DNA of 63,238 nucleotides, counting the filler, from Octopus bimaculoides (taxonomy: Eukaryota), in NCBI RefSeq assembly GCF_001194135.2. It is 7 parts of 5 records of this genome, joined end to end, with 100 filler letters (N's around TTAATTAATTAA, not from the genome) between each part and the next. Parts side by side here need not be neighbours in the genome. Positions count along the whole stretch, not along the records: positions 11,862 to 32,872 come from NC_068989.1; positions 32,973 to 39,764 come from NC_068983.1; 5 more parts are not named here. One strand, written 5' to 3'. A program made the position numbers and the translations under genes. The number at the start of each line of letters is the position of its first letter. The first letter of the stretch is position 1. Below are positions 24,878 through 38,289 of this stretch, piece after piece. The notes below the pieces were generated by a model. It was given only the letters and a program-made list of their open reading frames with translations, did no database searches and was not told the origin of the DNA.

Positions 24878-25948
24878 GCACACACACATATATATATATA
24901 CACATACAGTTTAGTTTTTTGTTAAGGCAAGATCAACAAAAAATACTCCATCCAGAGAGAGATAAATATTGTTTAATGTACACAGTATATATTTATGAGC
25001 TGCTAACAGTTTCATATGTTGGAAATATTTTCTAGGTAGGTATTAATAACATACCTAGTGTCTTCAAGTAATATCTTTCTCTCTCATATATATATACACC
25101 CATAAAACACACACACATGTATCACAAACACACACATATCTATGACAGGTTTCCAAACTACTTATAACTACTAAATTCGTTTTGTAAAGCTATGGTCACC
25201 TGAAACTATGACAGAAGACACCTTGCCCAAAGGACATTGAACCATGCAACTAAAAAGGTAAACTTACTAACCAAACATCCTCAGCCTAATATCTTACTTT
25301 CCAGTACACTGACTTGGGTGACACAAGTTTGCAGTACAAGAAAAAACAAAAAAGAAAAGCTTTCTCCTTCATACATTCCTATCCAATGTCATTTCTTTCT
25401 CAAACTTTACTTTTCTAAGACTTCTTTGACAAATATCTGGTTTCTTAAAATTCAAGTAGGTGAAAGAAAAATATTAATGGTAGTAATGAAAAAAATATCC
25501 ATTTCTGGTGGAATCTGAGAACTTTCTTAGCACAGGTTTCAGATTCTTCATTTTACTACAATAATAAAGAAGTGGATAGATTTTGACATTGTATTCTTTA
25601 TTTTAGTGAAACTAGAGAAGTAGTTTAATGCTGGCTTCATATTCTTCATTTTAGTAGAATCAGAAGTAGCTTAACACTGGCCTAGTATCCTAGTATTTTT
25701 TTCTAATAAAATCAAACTCAACAGGATATCAGGGTAAGCCCTATTGATGTGAATAGCATTTTTATGCTATTCATACACACACACTGACTCACTCACAGCA
25801 ACTCATTCACACACACACACACACACACACGTGCACATACAAGATAAAAACTTGCATTACACAAACATACAAACTAAAGATAACTGACAAATGTATATTT
25901 ATGTGCGTATGGGTGAGTGAGTGCATATAAACATTCATATACATACAA

Positions 25949-25949
<1 letters not shown>

Positions 25950-26030
<81 letters not shown>
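25950..26030. repeat. (TA)n microsatellite
   Basis: Direct reading. Confidence 0.95.
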
Positions 26031-26031
<1 letters not shown>

Positions 26032-26261
26032 AGATACGTAGATAACACTTCCACATACACACATGCAAAGGCAAACAAACATATACACACTACTGCTGTT
26101 CAGTTTAAACCAATCAACAGAGAGTTATTTTTGTTCCTTGTAGATTTAAATTTCATGAAGCCAGTTCAGATTTCACAGAAAAAGACACCAAAACCCCTGT
26201 TATACCCTACTGCCTTGTATTAGAATACAATACTGTTGCTCTTGTTCAGAACAAGGTTTAG

Positions 26262-26795
26262 CAGACTTATGATCATTTCTTTTACTTTCAGTCAGTGGAC
26301 TGAGGCCGTGCCGGAAAGATTATAGCCATATAAAGTGATCCCAGTAATTATTTTTCTTAAGCCTGGTACTTATTCTATGGGTCTCTTTTGCGGAACCACT
26401 AAGTTACAGGTATGTAAACAAACCAACAATGGTTGTCAAGTGGTGGTGGTGACATACATACACACACACACACACACATTGGCATTACGAAGGGCATCCA
26501 GCCATAGAAACTATGCCAAAACAAGCAGGGAGCCTGAACAGCCCTTCAGCTGGTTAGCTCCTGTCAAACCGTCCAACCCATGCCAGCATGGAAAACGGAC
26601 GTTAAATGATGATGATACACACACATACATACATATAAATGTGACATACTTCTTTTTATTTCGGTCTACCAAATCCACTCACAAGCCTTTGGTCAGCCTG
26701 GGGCCATAGTAGAAGACACTTGCCCAAGGTACAATGCAGTGGGACTGAACTTGGAACCATGCGATTGGAAAGCTTCTTACCACACAACTACAATG
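26262..26795 (-). mobile_element. Composite SINE family B with a nested RTE 3' tail (26478-26617, + strand)
   Basis: Order on +: SINE tail, (CA)n, ttggcattacgaagggcatccagcc..taaatgatgatgat, (CA)n, SINE head. Confidence 0.8.
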
Positions 26796-27979
26796 TGGAT
26801 TTAGCATCTATTTCTAGTAGATCAAGTGACTACATAGAAGTGTCCTCATGGTGCTATGTTAAAGCCAAATAGCAATATGTAGACATTCCTCAAATAACTT
26901 CTCAGTTTTCAAGAGTATTTTCTTTGTTTGTGTTCAATTTCAGTCAATATTTTATTCCGTCATTGTTCATCAAATTACTAAAGATTAAACACACTACATC
27001 CCAGCTGCATCAAAATCACCATCACCATCATTATTATTCATTCACTTTCAAAACTAGCATGGGTTGAATGGTTTAGAAGTATCTAATAGGCCAAATATCC
27101 ATATCTAGCTCAAATGTCTGTTTTAGTATGGCTTACACAACCAGGGGCCCTTCTTAATGTCAACTACTCTGAAGAGTGTATTGGGTGCTTTTTATTAACA
27201 AATCAGCATGAGTGATGCTGCTTTGTAACTCCCAGGAGTTAAAAGGCAACATCAAGGCTACAGAATACCCCCAACAAAGAGGAAGAACAGGGGACGGGAT
27301 GGCAAATTTAGGAGAGTCGTTGAAAAGTTAAAATATGTTTGGAGAACAGGTTTCTTGTTTTGAGAAGGTGTTAGTGGGGCGAATAACAGAAACTATGTTA
27401 GAGAAGAGAATAATAGAAGGGAAAGAGAAAGAGAGGGAGCATTGTCATGGGTTAGTGAGTTAGAGTAATTAGAACAGTCAGGAGGGCAGGGTAAGGAGAA
27501 ATTCAAGGCTATCCCACCGGAGAGAGGATGGATGAAGTAGTGCTAGAAAGAGAGCGATAAACATGATGGTGATAAGGAGCCAGAAAGTACCTTCAAGGTT
27601 AACATGTCCTAGAAGATAACTAGAAGAATAGAAGAAAGTACAGTGACCTTCAAAGATCCTCTGGGGTGCTGTAAGTGCAAGGAACTTGGCCTCAATGCTT
27701 GCAATAATGTAGACTTATCTAAGGGTATCTGAATGTCAGGTAGTCATAAGGCGTTTTAACTGGGTAAAAGATTAAGTCTATGACCTAAGAACAGGAACAG
27801 ATTCTTTGAAGGGCTTGCACTTACTTGACCACTATTGATCCCTACATACAACCTATGTGTATGTGTGTGTGTGTATTAACAGAACAAGTCCCTTAACTCC
27901 TTAGGGGTCATTTGGGGTGCTGCAGCCATGCAGCATATCTAGGGTGAGATAGCCTGGTGGAGTCCATCTCTCTCTCTCC

Positions 27980-28225
27980 ACACTAAACTCATTTCTACAG
28001 CTGAGTGAACTGGAGCAACATGAAATGAAGCATTTTGCTCAAGAACATAACAGATTATCTGGTCCAGGGATTGAAACCACAACCTCACAGTTGTGAATCC
28101 ATCACCCTAACCACTAGTGGTACTCATTTCTACAGCTGAGTGGATGGGAGCAACATGAAGTGAAGTATTGTGCTCAGAACACAATGCATCACCCAGTCCA
28201 GGAACTGAAACAACAAAGCCACACA
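27980..28225 (-). mobile_element. Two tandem tRNA-derived SINE fragments with a CORE-like domain (family C)
   Basis: actcatttctacagctgagtg.actggagcaacatgaa.tgaag occurs twice. Confidence 0.75.
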
Positions 28226-28241
28226 GCTCCAGATATATATG

Positions 28242-28291
<50 letters not shown>

Positions 28292-29286
28292 TCACAGAAA
28301 GCCAAGATTTATGAGAGATGAATATATTTATTTCACCAGTTGATATCCATTTCGCAGCCTTCACCATGTAATAATAGTTATTATAATTTTAGTGTATGAT
28401 CAGTTATTTTATATGTTTGCACCAATATGCATGTTACACATTGCACAGGAACTACTTGGATTTCCAGAACATTTGCACAGACTTGCTGAGTTTAGGAAGT
28501 GGTCTTACTCAGTTACAAGTTGACATCAGATCAAACCTTATCAGCAGATCTATGATCTAAGACATACCAACTATGCCCATCCTTTACATTTTCAGGCATA
28601 GTATATCTAGGTTTATCTTATCCTATGTATTTGGTGCTATTGTTGTTGTTGTTGCTATTGTCTGATTCGACAGACTTATGATTGAAGATGTTCTAGCCAT
28701 AATCATGCAATTCTTCATTCAGGACTACACCAACCAACGTGTCCTCTTTCTTTATCTGTTTTTATTAAAACAATACAAGGTGGTGTGAGAGAAATTTGGC
28801 TGTTGTTTCTAGCAGGTCTTGTAGTGGCTCACTGTTGTTAACAGCAGCAGTGGCGATGGTGGTGGTAACAGTATAGATGTTAACAGTTTCTGGTTTCTAA
28901 ATGAAGCAGTGTACATCTCTCCAAATACATGACCTTAGATGTTGGGGCATCAAACTACTGAATATAGAATGAGACAGTGCTTTATATTTTAATTGTTCAG
29001 GTCAGCTTTCATCTGGAGCATAAGAGAGATGGTGGTAGTGGTGGTAGTAGAAGTAGTGTGAGGCAGGGGGTTATATGTACACCAATTACAGTATGTTCTT
29101 CATCTCTAAGTATTAGTTTCAGATTCTTTGTATTTACTTTGCTTTTTGCCTTGTTTGTAAAGTTATATAATTATTTAATTTATTCATTGTATTGTTGTGA
29201 TTGTGTAACATTACAGATTTTGAAAGTTGCTTTTGTGTGTGAGCATGTTTACATACATACATACATAAATAAATAAATAAATAATT

Positions 29287-29326
<40 letters not shown>

Positions 29327-29827
29327 AGAGAGAGAAGGAGAGAGAGAGGAAAAGACTGTTTCCAATGTTTCTTTTCTCCTTTTTTTAACACCGAAATTGA
29401 ATCAGCAATTGTGGTAGGTATTACATTAAGCAATGAATGAAAATTAGACTTCAATATCTAGGTACATATATACCCAGGCAAACATGCATGTGTGTGCACA
29501 CACAATCATCATCATCATCATCATCATCATCAATTTAATGTCCACTTTTCCATGCTTGCATGGGTCAGACTGAATTTGCTTGATGAGGCAGATTTTCCAG
29601 ATCTGGAAACCCTTTTGGTCACCAGCCCTCACCTGTTCCCTAGTAGGGTAATAGTCTTCCCACGTGGAGGAGGGGAGAGGAGGAGGGAGATGAAGAGGAG
29701 GAAAGAGAGAGAGGGAGAGTGCAAGAGAGAGAAAGGGAGCATTTGTGTTTTTCATGAAACTTCCAGTAATGGATATCTCTACATATTGAACACCTACTAT
29801 TAGGATCATCCCATCTCCAATATTTTG

Positions 29828-29859
<32 letters not shown>

Positions 29860-30408
29860 ACTAGTCTCACAACATACAGTCTTTTACTAACTAAAACAAT
29901 GACTTATATTATAACCAAAAACTCTACCAAAATAGAGAAAGACATAAGATGACCACCACCGCCACAATAACAACAAGAGCAATAGTAAAAGGTCATTGTA
30001 TAAGTTTGTGAGTAACTAGAGAAGTTCACATCAAAAAGGCCAGCTGAAACAGGTTCAGAATTGTAGAAGTGACCACTGCATAAATGGAATAAAGAATACA
30101 CACACTTCATGTCCATAACACCTACTTGATATCATTAGAATGAATAAATAAACAGATGCAATGAAATATAGCCACTTTTCTAGAATTATCTTTGATGGAC
30201 AAGTTTTGAAATATTCAGGAAGCTAATGATGTCATTCTGACCCAGAAGTACCTTACTAACCCTTGAGAATGATTCATATTTTTTAACAGAGTCAAAGAGC
30301 ACATTTGTTGTTGTTGTTGTTGTTGTTATTGCTGTTGTTATTCAGAGCTAGATTTGTGATGATGAAGCAAATTTATGATTAAAGGAATCCCTGACATGAC
30401 CATCTATT

Positions 30409-30530
30409 TTAACCCTTTGGCATTTAAAATTGGCCATATCTGACCCAAATATTTCACCTGTTTGATGGTCAAACTAACCAGATCTGGCCTCTCACACTTA
30501 CCATACAATGTCAATCTAAAACTTAACTGC
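30409..30530 (+). mobile_element. Truncated MITE beginning TTAA|CCCTTT (piggyBac-like end)
   Basis: ttaaccctttggcatttaaaattggccatatctgaccc; the other end is not found. Confidence 0.5.
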
Positions 30531-30980
30531 ATCATTAATACCTGACGTTATATAAAATTAATACTTGACGTTTTTCTTCTAACAGGTATTTTAAAAAAAA
30601 CTTAATAGCATTCCATTCATCATTATACACATCCATCACATTCTGTTAAAATGTCTTATTGATGAGTTTGGTTTCTTTATTTCTTTCCCTGATGAGAAGA
30701 TTACATTGTTTTACACCATTTTAATCCTTTGGAATAATACCAATGTTGTCTTCGAAACATATGTCGGAAGTAAAAGAATTTGAATCATACCTGCATTTAA
30801 CTCCATTTATTCATTTATATATATTATACAAAATATTTCACATCAACCTGGAGTTTCTACCTTTACAAACAGGGTGTTACGTCCTTATTACGTGTGTGAT
30901 CTTTTGCTGCCCTGGTAACTGTTTATCTATTTTTTCCATGTTAATTGCAAACAAGGGAAAAATATACACACAGATACATA

Positions 30981-32803
30981 CATCATCATCATCATCGTTT
31001 AACGTCCGCTTTCCATGCTAGCATGGGTTGGACGATTTGACTGAGGACTGGTGAAACCAGATGGCAACACCAGGTTCCAATCTAATTTGGCAGAGTTTCT
31101 ACAGCTGGATGCCCTTCCTAACGCCAACCACTCAGAGAGTGTAGTGGGTGCTTTTACGTGTCACCCGCACGAGGGCCAGTCAGGTGGTACTGGCAACGGC
31201 CACGCTCAAAATGGTGTCTTTTATGTGCCACCCGCACAAGAGCCAGTCCAGGGGCACTGGCAAACATCTCACTTGGCTTGCCGGGTCTTCTCATGCACAG
31301 CACANNNNNNNNNNNNNNNNNNNNNNNNNNNNNNNNNNNNNNNNNNNNNNNNNNNNNNNNNNNNNNNNNNNNNNNNNNNNNNNNNNNNNNNNNNNNNNNN
31401 NNNNNNNNNNNNNNNNNNNNNNNNNNNNNNNNNNNNNNNNNNNNNNNNNNNNNNNNNNNNNNNNNNNNTTTCTCTCAAGATACTTACACTCTGACGCGTA
31501 TGCACACTGACATTACACATCCAACGGAGCATACTGGCTTCATTCCTTGCGAGCTTATGCATGTTCTCAGCAGTCACAGCCCATGTTTCACTGCCATGTA
31601 GCATGGCTGTTCGTACACATGCATCATACAGTCTGCCTTTTACTCTGAATGAGAGTCCCTTTGTCGCCAGCAGAGGTGAGAGCTCTCTAAACTTTGCCCA
31701 GGCTATTCTTATTCTAGCAGCTACACTTTCAGCGCACCCACCCCAACTACTAACTTGGTCACCCAGATAGCAGCAGCTATCGATTACCTCTAGTTTTTCT
31801 CCCTGGTATGAGATAGAAGTTGTTTCCTGTTTGTTTACAGTGTTTATTGCACCTGAACATCTGTCACATACAAAAACTAACTTCCTAGTTAACCTGCCTT
31901 TGATATTGCTGCACCTCTTATGTGTCTATAGCTTGCACTGGGTACATCTTATAGAGTTACTACCTACTCTTTTTCTACATAGTGAGCAGGGCCATCTACC
32001 CGAAGGGGTTTGTGTTTTATCTACCTTCCTAATTATTAGGATTTTGGTTTTAGCTAGGTTGACTCTAAGGCCCTTTGATTCTTGTCCTNNNNNNNNNNTT
32101 AGCTAGGTTGACTCTAAGGCCCTTTGATTCTTGTCCTTGCTTCCACACCTGAAACTTCTCCTCTAGCTCTGATAGTGACTCCACAATTAGTGCAAGATCA
32201 TCAGCATAGGGGAGCTCCCAGGGGCAACCTGTCTTGAATTCCTCTATGTCCGCCTGGAGGACTATGATAAATAGGAGGGGGCTACCTCTACCCGGAATTC
32301 ATTACTGTACTCATTTCCAACCCTCACCTGACTGGCAGCATCTCTGTACATGGCTCACACAGCTCTCACTAACCATTCTTCTATCCCAAGTTTCCTCATT
32401 GACCACCAGATAAGGGATCGAGGGACCCTGTCAAAGGCTTTCTCCATGTCAAAGAAAGCCGGGTACAGAGGTTTATCCCTGGCTAGGTATTTCTTCTGCA
32501 GCTGTCTTACTAGAAATATGGCATCAGTGGTGTTTTTACCTGGCACGAACCCAAACTGCATCTCATCTAAATTGATTGGCTCCCTAATTAGTTGGGCTAT
32601 GACCCTCTCCGTAACTCTCATAACCTGATCTAACAGCTTGATGCCTCTGTAATTATTTGTATCTAAAGCGTCACCTTTACCTTTGTAGCAGTTGACTATG
32701 GTGCTGCTACACCAGTCATTGGGTATGACTCCTTCGTGTATCACCTGGTTCGTAATACGGGTGACTAGGTTGTAGAAAACACTGCCAGATATTTTGAGCA
32801 TCA
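30981..32803 (-). mobile_element. 5'-truncated RTE LINE covering most of the RT, with a PHD insert
   Basis: IPNDW..YKGKGD..NYRGIKLL..QFGFVPGK.TTDAIF..FDMEKAFDRVPR; PLLFII..YADD (~32170-32181); GLRVNLAKTK-[PHD]-EVIDS.CYLGD; LHGSETW; 3' UTR and (GAT)n. The QG motif is deleted. Confidence 0.93.
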
Positions 32804-32806
32804 TAC

Positions 32807-32837
<31 letters not shown>

Positions 32838-32872
32838 TACGACGGGCTTCTTTCAGTTTCTGTCTACCAAAT

Positions 32873-32972
32873 NNNNNNNNNNNNNNNNNNNNNNNNNNNN
32901 NNNNNNNNNNNNNNNNTTAATTAATTAANNNNNNNNNNNNNNNNNNNNNNNNNNNNNNNNNNNNNNNNNNNN
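32873..32972. other. Artificial scaffold linker 2
   Basis: 44N-TTAATTAATTAA-44N. Confidence 0.95.
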
Positions 32973-33594
32973 TATATGTATATGTATATGTACACACATA
33001 CACACACACACATAAAATTAACAATAATGCCAAGGATGATAATGATGATAATGGTACCACCACCACCACCACCACCACCACCGCCGCTGCCGCCGCCGCC
33101 GCCACCACTACCAATGGCAATAGATATTTATTTATTCAAACCACCCAACCTAACACCATCAATGCCAAACTCTATTGTGTTAGATGTGAATCAGCTCCTC
33201 TCAATAGTAGTAGTAGTAGTAGTAGCAGTAGCAGTAGTAGTAGTTCTTATGATGTAGCACCCATCATAAATATATTTGTTATGGGAGGAGTGGGGGCTGC
33301 ATGGGGGTGGCCTAGGTGGGAAAATTCTATTCTTTTATGGCAGATGCCTTCATCTTTGGTTTCATCATGGTGCTAGAAGATAGTGCTGAAGCAGGGATGG
33401 TGTTGGTGGCAGAGATTGTTAAAGTGGAAGTATGATGATGGGGGTGGAGTACTGTGGATGATATAGAAACACACACACACACACACAATAACTCCTCTTA
33501 TATTAGAGAACACAATATTATTATTATTATTATTATTATTATTATCTTTTTTTGTTGTTCTGACAGTGATTTATGACTTACTTTATAAACTTTC

Positions 33595-34045
33595 TCTCAG
33601 TGAGTTGGCAAAATTGTTAGAGTGTTGGACAAAATTACCTTGTAGTATTATTCTTGCCCTTTATATTCCAAGTTCAAATCTCACTGAGGTCGGCTTGATT
33701 TTTTTTATCTCTCTGGGGTCAATAAATTAAAGCCCCTGTTGAGTATTGGGGTCAATGTAATCAATTAAGCCACCTCTTGTATTCATTATTATCAGGATCA
33801 TCATCATCATCTTCATCATCATCATTATTATTATTATTGTTGTTGTTGTTGTTGTTGCTGTTGTTAGTGCAAAGAACTGGCAGAACTGTTAGCATGCTTT
33901 GTGGCATTTTGTCTGTCTTTATGTGTAAATTTCAAATTCTGCCATGATCAACTTTGCTTTTCATCCTTCTGGGGTCAATAAAATGAGTACCGGTTGCATG
34001 CTGGGATTGATGTTACTGGCCCTGTGCCAAAATTTGAAACAATTA
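33595..34045 (+). mobile_element. Two SINE family A copies (33595-33780, 33872-34045) separated by microsatellite
   Basis: gagttggcaaaattgttag..agttcaaatc..ggggtcaataaa; gaactggcagaactgttagcatgc..tttcatccttctggggtcaataaaatgagtacc. Confidence 0.75.
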
Positions 34046-34049
34046 TTTG

Positions 34050-34867
34050 CTTATTTTTTTTTAAGACTCAGGTTTTATTGGAACTCCTGGAGTCTTGCAT
34101 GCATAGCAGATTTGCTACCTGCAGCCTACAATACCATGTTATCTGTTCTATTCAACCATCTTATACTTTTCTGATTATTCTGGATATGCCAAGGTGGCAA
34201 ACCTTTTGTGACACTTCTACTGGGCACTCTATTCCAATTTCCTTTATATTCCCCTTGATGCCTTCTGATGATTCTGTCCCCCAAGGACCCAACAATAATT
34301 AGCAATATCTTCACCTTCGTCATTTTCCATAACCAGGCTATTTTGTACTTAAGAAGATTGTATCTATCTATTTTTTCACCTTCCTTCTTGGCTATTCATG
34401 GGTCAGAAGTGCATGCAACATCAACTGTATAACACATGTAGTGCACCATGTCCCCCACCACTGCATCTATTTTGTTATACTCTAAGACCAGATCTGTTTG
34501 GATTGGGAAGCCTCACAGGATTTTGCAGGTCTCTGATTCCACCACTCTCTGCACCCTCTGCTCATACCACGCCTTGCTTCTCTCTAGATCCTACCTTTTG
34601 CATATTCTCTGATGTAGCATCTTTGCTACCTCATTCTGTTGCCACAACTTATGATGGTTTAGAGCAAGTCTAGCGCATTCGTTCACAATATCGTTCACAA
34701 TAGTTTCATCCATTCTGTTACAGATGCAGCACAGTAGAGACACTTGCTTGTTCCTAAGGTTGACCCCCCAATTCGTGGCCAAAGCTTGGTCTTGTGCTGC
34801 CAGTATGGTGCTCTCAGTCTCTTTTTTCAGTGCTTCTTTCTTCAGCCAGTCCCATCTATATTTTCCA
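34050..34867 (-). mobile_element. R4/Dong-type LINE 3' fragment (CCHC and REL endonuclease), copy 2
   Basis: WDWLKK..LKKETESTILAAQDQAL..CCIC...ETI..IVNEC..; WYE..V.ESETCKIL.GFPIQTD..VDVAC..KIDRY..LIIVGSLG. Confidence 0.85.
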
Positions 34868-34950
<83 letters not shown>

Positions 34951-34976
34951 CATTATTATTATTATTATTATTATTT
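34868..34976. repeat. (TAA)n microsatellite between two R4/Dong fragments
   Basis: Direct reading. Confidence 0.95.
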
Positions 34977-34979
34977 AAG

Positions 34980-36020
34980 ACATCGCACAGTATCCAATAT
35001 CATGAGATTGTTGATTGAAGATATTGTGTCTACTGGGTGTTTGTACTGCCTGTCAAGTCACAAGAAGGACCTCAGACTGACAATCCTTCATGCAATATGA
35101 ATGCAGTTCCAAATAATGCTGATTTTTGCAATACAACTAAATTGTAGGATATTTCTAAAGTTTTCAGATGTTTCTTCAGGTTGGATGGTATTGAACCCAA
35201 AGCTCCAGTGACAATAGGGACAACCTTTATGCTTGACTGTCATAGCTGCCACATCTTAGTGATCTCAATTCTCAGTTCTCCATATTTATCAATGTTTTCT
35301 CTTTCCTTCATGATAATGTATTGAGCTCCTGGCACTGCTACGTCAATTATTAGGCACTTTTGTTTGTCCCTCCTAAAGTTTACTATGTCCGGCCTTCGGT
35401 GCTCTAACACTTTATCTGTCTGGAAATCAAAGTCCGAAAGGATTTTTGCCTTCCCCTTCTCATCCATTACCTTTTCTGGTGTATGTTGGTACCAAACACC
35501 CGTTACATCATATCCATACTGCTAGCATAATATCCAGTGAAGGTTTTGGGCTACCTTGTCATGTCTATGCTTGTACTCTTTCTGTGCAAGACTTTCACAA
35601 GTACTAACAATGCAAGTCACACTTTCGATCCTTTTCCCGTACATTCTGCAGAGGTTTGATGCTCTTGTGTGGTGTATATCCCTTTTCAGTGAGTTGGTAT
35701 TCAATGCCTGATCCTAGGCAGTGCTTAGGCATCCAGTATTCTTTTTTAGGTCACTCTTGCTGAGTCACCTACATGATGCTTCCTCGTCTTTTAATTTGTT
35801 GGTTTCACGGTGGAACTGACCATGTAATTCCATATGGAGTAGGGTTTCTTCTCTCTTGTTGGCTGTTCATGATTGGAATTCATGAGCCCTCTCAAGTCCA
35901 GTTTTGGTAAATCCCTCTGCATTAGCAGCATACTGTAGCAAGTCTTGTTTGCTGTTTACCAAATAGTCTGTCATGTTTCTTCTTTCACTGTTGATGCACT
36001 CCTCTACGCTAATCTCTATT
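34980..36020 (-). mobile_element. R4/Dong-type LINE 3' fragment, copy 1
   Basis: LHGQF..DQALNTNSLK..LCRMYGKRIESVTCIVSTC..YKHRHDKVAQNLHW; KILSDFDFQTDKVLEHRRPDIV..CLIIDVAVP..ENIDKYGEL. Confidence 0.88.
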
Positions 36021-36279
36021 ATTTCATATTATAAAAGGTTTTTGTTTTGCATTAAATGATTTATAAGTTTCATAAAGATTGTTCCTTATTTTTTCCTTTA
36101 ACATGGCATTGGAAGTAAATTTTATTTTGCAGGTAAAACCTTTTTTTGACAGAACTCTGATGGATGAGTTTCTACCAGATATTTTCAAAAAAGTGCAATG
36201 CCAGTCATTATGCCTCATCTAAAAATAATTGAAAATGTCATTTCTTTGTGAAATCAATTCAACCCTCTTCATATAAAAC

Positions 36280-37387
36280 TGTTCTGTGATACAAACTTCA
36301 TGTTTTAGAGGATTTAAATTAAAATCTTCCATCAAAATTTCATATTAATTCATGTTCCAGGCACCAGCTAAATAATGACAAAGTTATTTTAGTAAATTCT
36401 TTGGTATTTTCAAAATTAACTGAAACAAAAATACTTTATTTCAACAGAAATATTGTAACAAAAGAGTTAAAGGGTTCTTTAACCCAGTCATCAAAATTTC
36501 ATGTTAATGTAAGTTCCAAACACCAATTTAATAAAGACAAAATTATTTTTTTTCATTTTCATTATTTTCAAAATTAATTGAAGCAGAATCAGTGTACTTC
36601 AACAGAATTAAGACAATGAATGGATTAAACAAAGAAATTCACGTAATGTTACACTTATACCGTATTCATCCTATGTATGAATAAATACTTGAGAATAATG
36701 CTTCATTCATTCAACAGGGAACAGCTTCATTAATTTCTTCTGCTGCATTTCCAGATTTCTCTTCTGAAAGGACATGAGTTCCAGAAGACTGGTTTGTCCT
36801 TGACACATTACAAGAAAATTAAATCTTTGGTGTTGATCTAATGACCCATTAAAAGTTATGGCATGTTTTCATTTCACCTTCATTTTAAGTGTAAATTAGA
36901 AGTTTTGACACACAGAAGAGATTTTTCCCATTTTTTTTTTTTTTTCTGGTGAATTTTTGAACGCAATAAAACTTGACAGATGTTCAACTTAATCATTAAT
37001 CCTTATGTTATGAAATTTCTCTTGAAATACACTGACTTTATTTCAATTATTTTTTTAATAATAATAATAGTGAATTTAGTAAAATAACTTTACCAGTATT
37101 TAACTGGTGTTTGGAACATAAATTAACATGAAATTTTCAAGGAAGGTTTTTGTTTAGATCACTTCCACCCTTTTGATACCATATTTCTGTTGACATGCCC
37201 CTGCCTTTGTTTCAATTAATTTTGAAAATAATGGAGAATTTAGTAAAATAACTTTGTAACTATTAAACTGGTGTTTGAAACATAAGATAACTTGAAATTT
37301 TGATGAAGGATTTACTTTAGATTGGTTTAAGACAGGAAATTTGTGTCATAATAGCAGTGTCTGGTGGGTTGGTATCAAAAGGATTAA
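36280..37387. mobile_element. Cluster of four related ~150-220 bp MITE-like units in both orientations
   Basis: Shared core (ttagtaaaataact..aactggtgtttg.aacataa..aacatgaaatttt). The unit at 37168-37383 has TIRs CCCTTTTGATACCA/TGGTATCAAAAGGA followed by TTAA. Confidence 0.65.
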
Positions 37388-37940
37388 GTAATTAGACAAA
37401 TAAAAACACATACATTAGAGTTCAATGTTGAAAAAAAAAAGATAATTAAGAATGAAAATAAGGAAAAGTGTGCGAGAAAGATAATGTTAAAAAAAAAGGG
37501 AGATGGAGAGTCAGATTGCGAAAGAGAGGAGAAATAAAACTGAAGATAAAACCAGGAAAATAAATCAGCAAAACAGTTTTGCAATGAAATTTCATGGAAT
37601 AACATTTCAAACATGTGTGTAGATTCTTAAGTTTTTATGGATTTTGTTATACTTTTTCCTTTCATTCTTTTCTTTAGAATCAGTAAGAAGCTCTCCATTG
37701 CTAAATGATAGCCTTAAACAAAAATAATGGTTTTATGAGCATTTTACTTCCTATATACATTTTCAGACAGATTATTATTTTTTTTTTTTCAGAAACTTGT
37801 AGATTTTATGAGTTGTATACTTTATAAATCCTCTATTAATGATGGTGTCCCAGCATGGCTGCAGCTCTCAAGCTAAATCTAATTAAAGAGTTATTAGGAA
37901 CAGAACAACAAATAGGTATCATATTTTATAAGTTACGTCA

Positions 37941-37981
<41 letters not shown>

Positions 37982-38289
37982 CTATATATACATATTTATA
38001 TATATAAATATTGTATAATCACCAGCATCACTACCACCACCACCACCACCACCACCACCACCACCAGTAATATTCTGTATACTTAACACCTAATAATATA
38101 TTGGTATATCTTTTTTTCTACCTCTGACGAGATTCTGTTTTATAAACTGATTTGATTATTACAATTACAATCTTTAAAGTACGAATCGAAACAGCTGTTA
38201 GAGACTATGTTTATTTTTGTAGTTAATAAATATACTTATTAATTGATTTATCTCCATTTTCTTATTTTTCTTATACACACACACATGTA

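Noticed and set aside
27240-27870. Purine-skewed tract, possibly an antisense CR1/L2 fragment
   Set aside because: No convincing conserved motif in any frame.
32051-32137. 38-bp direct repeat across a 10-N gap
   Set aside because: Identical sequence on both sides of a gap; a contig-overlap artefact.
32976-33257. Poly-proline (formin/WASP-like) ORF
   Set aside because: Built from (CCA)n/(CCG)n and (TAG)n microsatellites; no domain context.
36060-36860. Possible exons (VKPFFDRTLMDEFLPD; ISLLKGHEFQKTG)
   Set aside because: Only acceptor-like signals; no homology I can recognise.
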